Shown: piece after piece, positions 27,049 through 32,000 of the stretch
Numbering within the stretch: the first letter of the stretch is position 1
Layout: each line of letters starts with the position of its first letter
Assembly: GCF_049243625.1 (NCBI RefSeq)
Contig: NZ_CP046975.1
Strand: one strand, 5' to 3'
DNA length: 32,000 bases
Source of the DNA: Corynebacterium amycolatum
Lineage (GTDB): Bacteria; Actinomycetota; Actinomycetes; Mycobacteriales; Mycobacteriaceae
Position numbers and translations under genes: made by a program
The notes under the pieces: generated by a model
The model's input: the letters and a program-made list of their open reading frames with translations, nothing else
Told to the model about the DNA's origin: nothing
Database searches by the model: none

Positions 27049-28005
27049 TTAATTTGGCTCAGTGGAATTGGACGGGGTAGGGGAGGAAGCTGGCTTTTGC
27101 CCAATCGCACTTCCCCCCGGAACTGCTGAATAGTCGCCACGCGTTGCCAATTCCTTTGCAGCATCAAGATAAGCAACTGCGCCCCGAGACCCTGGATCGT
27201 AGGAAATTACGGTCTGCGAATATCCCGGCGCCTCCGATACCTTCACGGATCGAGGGATGAGATTACGTAGAACAACCTCGCCGAAGTAGTTACGTACCTC
27301 ATTGGCAACTTCTTCTGACAGTTTGGTGCGGCCATCGAACATAGTGAGCAGCACAGCAGAAATATGCAGCTCCGGATTGAGATGCTGACGAATCATCTGC
27401 ACGTTATTCATCAGCTGTGTCACACCCTCCAAGGCGTAAAACTCACACTGAATCGGTATCAACACCTCGTTGGCGGCGGTCATCGAATTCAGCGTCAACA
27501 GACCAAGCGAAGGCGGGCAGTCAATAATGAGAAAGTCGAAGCCATTGTCGATCAAGTACTGATCTGGAACTGCATCGAGAAGTCGGCGCTCACGGTTCAG
27601 GAGCGAGACCAGCTCAATCTCGGAGCCCGCCAAGTCCAATGTCGCCGGCACACAATAGAGGTTCTCAGATTCAGGGGAACGCTGGATGACATCGTCAATC
27701 TGTAGCTCGCCGATGAGAAGCTCATACGTCGAAGGAGTCCCGGAAACATGCTCAATGCCCAGGGCCGTAGAAGCATTTCCCTGCGGGTCATTATCGATGA
27801 CCAGAACCTTGAGACCATGCCGCGCGAGCGCCGAAGCGATGTTGACTGCCGAGGTGGTCTTGCCCACGCCACCCTTCTGGTTGGCGATCGTGATACGACG
27901 CGGTCGCTCGGGGCGTGGAAGCGATAAACGGTTCGGAGCCTTAACTTGCGCCGCTCGTTGAGCTGCCACAGCAATGGGTGTGTCTTGCCAGGACTTCCGG
28001 CTCAT
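27049..28005 (-). CDS. parA: chromosome partitioning ATPase ParA (Soj)
   Basis: 318 aa with the deviant Walker A motif NQKGGVGKTTSA and Walker B motif FLIIDCPPSLG. An AAGGGGA RBS is present. It sits 21 nt upstream of parB. Confidence 0.95.
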   Translation of the reverse strand: MSRKSWQDTPIAVAAQRAAQVKAPNRLSLPRPERPRRITIANQKGGVGKTTSAVNIASALARHGLKVLVIDNDPQGNASTALGIEHVSGTPSTYELLIGELQIDDVIQRSPESENLYCVPATLDLAGSEIELVSLLNRERRLLDAVPDQYLIDNGFDFLIIDCPPSLGLLTLNSMTAANEVLIPIQCEFYALEGVTQLMNNVQMIRQHLNPELHISAVLLTMFDGRTKLSEEVANEVRNYFGEVVLRNLIPRSVKVSEAPGYSQTVISYDPGSRGAVAYLDAAKELATRGDYSAVPGGSAIGQKPASSPTPSNSTEPN

Positions 28006-28135
28006 TAACTATTCCCCTTACAAGCACAGCAATCACCAATCATGGCCACTGGAGTGCGAATTTAAACTTAGTAACTATCTGCAAAAGCGTAATCATCAAG
28101 CCCCAACAACCGTTAGACGCCGACGATTGTGGAAA

Positions 28136-28151
28136 TGTTTCACGTGAAACA
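28136..28151. promoter_or_regulatory. parS centromere site (rsmG-parA spacer)
   Basis: Perfect TGTTTCACGTGAAACA, about 130 bp upstream of the parA start. Confidence 0.9.
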
Positions 28152-28284
28152 TCCACCTTGGTCGCTAGGACTTTGCCATACCGCGATACTTATCCCACTC
28201 TAGCCCGACGGTACTACGCGCCTCAATGCCGAAACCAAAACACAAACGAATCCGCAGTGGAGTAGGGGAAGTGGGGCTTACAGC

Positions 28285-29049
28285 CTACTTCTTCTGGATA
28301 ATCACGGCGTACGTCGAGGTTCCCAACACGGATCCGCCGACCTCTACGACGCGAGGATTAATTCCCTTCGCCTTTGCAATAAGTTTTGCATCCCGATCGA
28401 TTTCCTCTTGGGCAGTTCCACCCTTCAGTGCAACCATCGCGCCCCCGGATTTAACTAAAGGAAGCGACCATCCCGCCAACTTCCCCAGAGGGGCAACAGC
28501 GCGGGAGGTAACGACATCCACTTGGCCAATCTCAGCGCGAACCACTTTCTCCTCAGCACGCCCGCGAACTACCGTTACATTGTCCAGCTCAAGATCTTCC
28601 ACAACTTCGTTCAAAAAGGTTGTGCGGCGCAGCAATGGTTCCACAAGCATGACCTTCAAATCCGGTCGTGCTAGAGCAAGTGGAATGCCGGGCAAGCCCG
28701 CCCCCGAACCAATATCCGCAACTACAAGCCCTTTGCCTATCGCTTCTCCAACTACCGCAGAATTGATAATGTGCCGATCCCACAGCTTTGGAGCTTCACG
28801 TGGTCCAATCAAACCTCGGACTGTCGCCTCCTCGGCCAACCATGAGTGGTAGCGGTATGCCCGATCGACATTCTCTCCAAACACGGTATCTATCACCGAA
28901 CGCAGATCTGCATCGACCAAAACTGCGGAGGCTTCTTGCTTATCGACATCTTTCACGGAGTTACTCAACAGTTCCTCTAACCTTTCCAATGGGGCAGCTG
29001 TGCCGTCACTCGTCGAGCTTTTCAACACCCCTAGTGTACGACAGTGCAA
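28285..29049 (-). CDS. rsmG: 16S rRNA (guanine527-N7)-methyltransferase RsmG (GidB)
   Basis: SAM-binding motif VADIGSGAGLPGIPLA and the conserved GLIGPREAPKLWDRHIINS. The longest ORF starts at TTG 29049. The true start may lie downstream (for example GTG near 28934), because the conserved region begins ~50 aa in. Confidence 0.88.
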   Translation of the reverse strand: MHCRTLGVLKSSTSDGTAAPLERLEELLSNSVKDVDKQEASAVLVDADLRSVIDTVFGENVDRAYRYHSWLAEEATVRGLIGPREAPKLWDRHIINSAVVGEAIGKGLVVADIGSGAGLPGIPLALARPDLKVMLVEPLLRRTTFLNEVVEDLELDNVTVVRGRAEEKVVRAEIGQVDVVTSRAVAPLGKLAGWSLPLVKSGGAMVALKGGTAQEEIDRDAKLIAKAKGINPRVVEVGGSVLGTSTYAVIIQKK

Positions 29050-29055
29050 CAGCGA

Positions 29056-29071
29056 TGTTTCACGTGAAACA
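29056..29071. promoter_or_regulatory. parS centromere site (immediately upstream of rsmG)
   Basis: Perfect TGTTTCACGTGAAACA, 7 bp upstream of the longest rsmG ORF. Confidence 0.9.
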
Positions 29072-29111
29072 TTGACTGGGGATGGATGCCAAACTTGAGG
29101 CTCCAGAGAAA

Positions 29112-29127
29112 ATTACAGATCTGTAAT
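29112..29127. promoter_or_regulatory. perfect 16-bp palindrome ATTACAGATCTGTAAT (candidate operator upstream of rsmG-parAB)
   Basis: All 8 base pairs are symmetric. It lies between the yidC terminator and the 29056 parS site. Its function is unknown. Confidence 0.45.
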
Positions 29128-29167
29128 AACAGCGACGTTGTTTGCGTGGGAGGGGACTAAGGCAAAC

Positions 29168-29197
29168 AAAAACGCCCCGCATTTGATGCGGGGCGTT
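29168..29197 (-). terminator. Rho-independent terminator of yidC
   Basis: On the minus strand, AACGCCCCGCAT pairs with ATGCGGGGCGTT (an 11-12 bp GC-rich stem) and is followed by TTTTTGTTT. It lies 44 nt after the yidC stop. Confidence 0.85.
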
Positions 29198-29240
29198 CTG
29201 AGTAATTAACTTATGTAGACGAAGCGTGGTGCTACTTCAG

Positions 29241-30389
29241 CTATTTCTTTTTGCGCTTCCGTTTCTTCCGATTCGCGGGCTTCTGTCCCGGCGCCGGCTT
29301 GGAAGCCGGACCCTGCTGTCCCTTCGCCGAATTACCATCTGGAAGGTGGCTAGAAGCCTTGTTCGCAGTAGAAGCCTCACCAGACTGCAACTGCTGCGCA
29401 TTCTGCGCTGCCTGGCGCTTGCCACCCTTCTTGGGGTTGATTGGCTTCTGGCCAACCTTCGGAGCGAGCTTCTCCTGTGCCTCGCGCTTAGCAGCCTTCT
29501 TGGCTGCGACAGCTTCCTTCTCTTCCTCATCCAGCTTGCCAAAGATGTAGCGCTGCTGGAAGTAGGTCCACACGTTGTTAGTCACCATGTAGACAAGAAG
29601 ACCGATGTGCCAGAAAGCACCGGTAACAAGAATCATGATTGGGAAGAACCAAAGCATCATCTTGTTCATCATGTCCATCTGCTGACCCATAGGGCCTTCC
29701 TGGCGCTTCACCAAGCCGGCTTCCTGGCGGGCACGGGTGCGCTCAACAGACATGCGAGCGTTGAAGTGCGTTGCCAGTGCCGCGACAACAATCAGCGGGA
29801 TAGCAACGATCATGATGTCCATGCGGGTGAAGTCTGCAGGCGTACCAGGCACGGTAAAGGCTGCGTATTGATCCTCACCCATTCCAACCGAACTGGACAG
29901 TGGAGCATTGAGCACACGAGCCAGCAGGAAGGACCGCACCTCATCTACACCGAAGATGTAGTTAGGCGTATTCCAGTTCTGCCCCACCGACATGCCGAGC
30001 GCATTGCCCGACGTACCCGTTCGGTTAAACGAACGCAGCACGTGGAAAAGACCGATGAACACAGGCATCTGAACCAGAATCGGCAGACAGCCGCCGAGCG
30101 GGTTGACACCCATTTCCTTCTGTAGCTGGCGCATAGCAAGAGCCTGAGCCTGCTGATCATTCTTGTACTTCTCCTTGATCGCCTGCATCTCAGGAGCGAG
30201 CTGCTGCATCTTGATGGCAGAACGCTGCTGGTTCAGCATCGGCTTAAACAGGAGGATACGGATGGTGACCACAAGCAAAATAATGGCCAGCACCCACGAG
30301 ATACCCGAGGAGGGATCGAATAGGAAACCTGAGGCCTTATGCCAGAACCACAGGATGGCCGAAATCGGCCAATACACGAAATTGAGCAC
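29241..30389 (-). CDS. yidC: membrane protein insertase YidC
   Basis: 382 aa starting at GTG. Conserved core (...QQLAPEMQAIKEKYKNDQQ...NPLGGCLPILVQMPVFIGLFHVL...) with a long Lys/Arg-rich C-terminal tail (...KPANRKKRKRKKK). Confidence 0.95.
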   Translation of the reverse strand: MLNFVYWPISAILWFWHKASGFLFDPSSGISWVLAIILLVVTIRILLFKPMLNQQRSAIKMQQLAPEMQAIKEKYKNDQQAQALAMRQLQKEMGVNPLGGCLPILVQMPVFIGLFHVLRSFNRTGTSGNALGMSVGQNWNTPNYIFGVDEVRSFLLARVLNAPLSSSVGMGEDQYAAFTVPGTPADFTRMDIMIVAIPLIVVAALATHFNARMSVERTRARQEAGLVKRQEGPMGQQMDMMNKMMLWFFPIMILVTGAFWHIGLLVYMVTNNVWTYFQQRYIFGKLDEEEKEAVAAKKAAKREAQEKLAPKVGQKPINPKKGGKRQAAQNAQQLQSGEASTANKASSHLPDGNSAKGQQGPASKPAPGQKPANRKKRKRKKK

Positions 30390-30475
30390 GGTCTAAGATC
30401 ACTCCGTTCTTTAGGGGGCAGCGCACTCGCGCCTTCGTCTACAAAGCCCGGTCAAAGGCTAAGCATTACTAGAGG

Positions 30476-30724
30476 TTACCTGTGCATTCGCTTTAACCAC
30501 GAACCCAGGCCGGGGAATGTAGCTGGAACTGGATCCCAGCCGCCCGGATGCCAGGGTGCGCAACGGAAGATACGCAGGAGAGTCAGCCACAGGCCACGAA
30601 TCGCTCCGAAGCGGCGCACGGCCTCAAGACCATATGCGGAGCACGTCGGTTCAAAACGACATGTGCTCGTTGGCTTCAGATTAGAGATACGACGGCGGTA
30701 GAAGAGAATCGCCCTCTCAGCCAC
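30476..30724 (-). CDS. yidD: membrane protein insertion efficiency factor YidD
   Basis: Signature [33 protein letters not shown]. The start is set at GTG 30724. Upstream in-frame alternatives exist, so the 5' end is uncertain. Confidence 0.85.
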   Translation of the reverse strand: MAERAILFYRRRISNLKPTSTCRFEPTCSAYGLEAVRRFGAIRGLWLTLLRIFRCAPWHPGGWDPVPATFPGLGSWLKRMHR

Positions 30725-30767
30725 ACGTGCACCGGGGGCCTGGGCGAGGGGGCCGTCGTCAAGCGAA

Positions 30768-31148
30768 TTAGCGCCGACGTTCGTATGTAGCGAGTGCCGA
30801 TTGCACATCGTGGGACAGCTCCTGGCTGGTGGCTGTGGCAGAAGCGGGCAGCGCGCGAACGACAATGTCCATAGTGGACGGGAGATCCTGCGCGGCCGCG
30901 GCCATAACATGGCGGAGCTTGCGGGATACAGCGTGACGAGTCACGGCGTTGCCCACAGCTTTAGATACGACAAGACCGACACGTGGACCACCAAACCTGG
31001 CAATCTGCGTATCGGTCTTATCTCCACCGCCAGAAGCGGCGGTGTCACGAATATGCAAGACCAACGTCTTGCGTCCGATTCGGCGTCCACGTCGTACGGT
31101 GACCGTGAAGTCACGCGAAGAACGCAGCTTATTGCTCTGAGGGAGCAC
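30768..31148 (-). CDS. rnpA: ribonuclease P protein component
   Basis: 126 aa, basic, with the RnpA pattern [25 protein letters not shown]...[23 protein letters not shown]. It directly follows rpmH. Confidence 0.9.
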   Translation of the reverse strand: MLPQSNKLRSSRDFTVTVRRGRRIGRKTLVLHIRDTAASGGGDKTDTQIARFGGPRVGLVVSKAVGNAVTRHAVSRKLRHVMAAAAQDLPSTMDIVVRALPASATATSQELSHDVQSALATYERRR

Positions 31149-31168
31149 CGAAATCGGCGTCCTCTTAC

Positions 31169-31306
31169 TTAAGCGGACAGGCGGGCACGGCCCTTGCTGC
31201 GGCGTGCTGCCACAACAGCGCGACCGGAACGGGTACGCATACGGGTACGGAAGCCGTGCACGCGTGCACGACGGCGGTTATTCGGCTGGAACGTCCGCTT
31301 CGACAC
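31169..31306 (-). CDS. rpmH: 50S ribosomal protein L34
   Basis: 45 aa counted from GTG 31306 ((M)[44 protein letters not shown]). An AAGGAG RBS sits 8 nt upstream. Confidence 0.95.
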   Translation of the reverse strand: MSKRTFQPNNRRRARVHGFRTRMRTRSGRAVVAARRSKGRARLSA

Positions 31307-31611
31307 GGTTGACACTCCTTGAAACTCAAACGACCACGAGTCCACGCTGAACACACCGCAGTAAACCTCTCGCTTTGAGTGCGAGGCAGCGATGCGTCTG
31401 ACGCATTCCCGTGATGCACGGAAAAATTACTTACCGACAGAATGAAAGCTACAAGCGTTCTGTCGGGTCCAAGCACGAGCTCGGACTCATATCTCAATGG
31501 ATATGAAACACCCAGATAGGTTACGTCGAATCGAGCGAGAAATTCAAATCAACACGCCGGATTTACCTGGAGAATCATTTTCCAAGTTTTCCAACGGTAC
31601 CAATGTTGACC

Positions 31612-31942
31612 TGTGGAAATACTGACCTATGCACCGCAATCCACAGGGTGTTTATCCAATCAGCTGTGGATAACTTCCACACCATGAATCACAGCGAGCA
31701 GGGAAAATAACGTGTTTACCTAGGTAAACGCAGACTAGGGGGCTATTTTTCATTGTGGGCAAACTGTGGATAAACTGTTAGTCAATTAGCGACGATGTTT
31801 ATCCACAGGTGTGGACAAACATGTGGAAGTCCTGCTCGGGGCGTATAGCACCTTGTGTAGAAACACCCCACAGGGCGAATTACAAGAAATAGCCCCCAAA
31901 TGGGCAGATATGGCACTCTCGCCATGCCGAAAACACTCCACA
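31612..31942. promoter_or_regulatory. DnaA-box cluster in the rpmH-dnaA spacer (dnaA promoter/autoregulation region or origin-associated module)
   Basis: Perfect TTATCCACA occurs at 31665-31673 (-), 31765-31773 (-) and 31799-31807 (+). TTGTCCACA occurs at 31810-31818 (-). Weaker boxes are at 31612-31620, 31637-31645, 31673-31681, 31754-31762, 31822-31830, 31864-31872 and 31934-31942. The region has lower GC and no credible ORF. Confidence 0.8.
31714..31729. promoter_or_regulatory. perfect 16-bp palindrome GTTTACCTAGGTAAAC within the DnaA-box cluster
   Basis: All 8 base pairs are symmetric. It is flanked by the DnaA-box groups at 31612-31681 and 31754-31830. Its function is unknown. Confidence 0.45.
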
Positions 31943-32000
31943 AAAACAGGTCGCCTCGATAAATTTGATGAACGTAAACATGTAAAAGGACATTCACACA

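Noticed and set aside
29226-30125. 299-aa plus-strand ORF
   Set aside because: It is antisense to yidC, which has unambiguous family signatures. The antisense product is Leu/Arg/His-rich with no motif.
31713-31730. GTTTACCTAGGTAAAC considered as a fourth, degenerate parS site
   Set aside because: Only the outer TGTTT/AAAC arms match. The core differs at most positions and the half-site spacing is 2 bp longer than in parS. It is kept as an independent palindrome finding instead.
31782-31997. 71-aa minus-strand ORF at the window end
   Set aside because: It is composed of DnaA boxes read as codons (HLWINIV, HVCPHLW) in a lower-GC regulatory spacer, so it is not a gene.
1-32000. Search by eye for CRISPR arrays, tRNA/rRNA genes, IS elements, transposases or integrases, prophage genes, toxin-antitoxin pairs and known defence-system signatures
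   Set aside because: No direct-repeat/spacer arrays, no cloverleaf-like sequences and no transposase, integrase or nuclease/ATPase defence-type ORFs were seen. All large ORFs are accounted for by conserved housekeeping families, and there is no compositional island apart from short regulatory spacers. A computational scan (tRNAscan, Infernal/Rfam, defence-system HMMs) would be needed to make this negative result firm.

Overview
This window is an origin-proximal, core-chromosome segment of a high-GC actinobacterium. Gene content and order fit Corynebacterium and parallel the Mycobacterium tuberculosis Rv3907c-Rv3924c block; this assignment is inferred from protein motifs and synteny, since no database search was possible. 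Reading left to right: ino1 (3' part), a MarR regulator, a tandem-Usp protein, a small membrane protein, leuS (-), and an SdpI-like membrane protein with a Cys-rich tail. Next come a BASS-family transporter, an acidic hypothetical protein, and a secreted beta-lactamase-fold protein. A tightly coupled minus-strand operon follows (cca, yqgE/algH, azlC, azlD). The plus-strand cluster is NUDIX (MutT4-like), a DUF6049-like protein, murJ fused to a pseudokinase, sigM, trxB, trxA and cwlM. The minus-strand block is an Rv3916c-like ORF, parB, parA, rsmG, yidC, yidD, rnpA and rpmH, ending in the DnaA-box-rich rpmH-dnaA spacer; dnaA itself lies beyond the window. I found no tRNA or rRNA genes, CRISPR arrays, IS elements or integrases, prophage genes, or recognisable defence or toxin systems, and no compositional island. 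I therefore cannot support a claim of a novel multi-gene system here. The signals most worth a second look are non-coding or domain-level:
- three identical perfect parS sites;
- two further perfect 16-bp palindromes with TTAC/GTAA half-sites, one inside the DnaA-box cluster and one upstream of rsmG-parAB;
- an ectopic pair of DnaA boxes between murJ and sigM;
- a 17-bp-periodic array of a CCAACNATTG motif in an unusually long trxB-trxA spacer;
- an ECF (SigH/SigM-type) promoter in front of trxB;
- a 10-cysteine tail on the SdpI-like protein;
- degenerate zinc ligands in CwlM.
The many long ORFs antisense to conserved genes are treated as high-GC artefacts.
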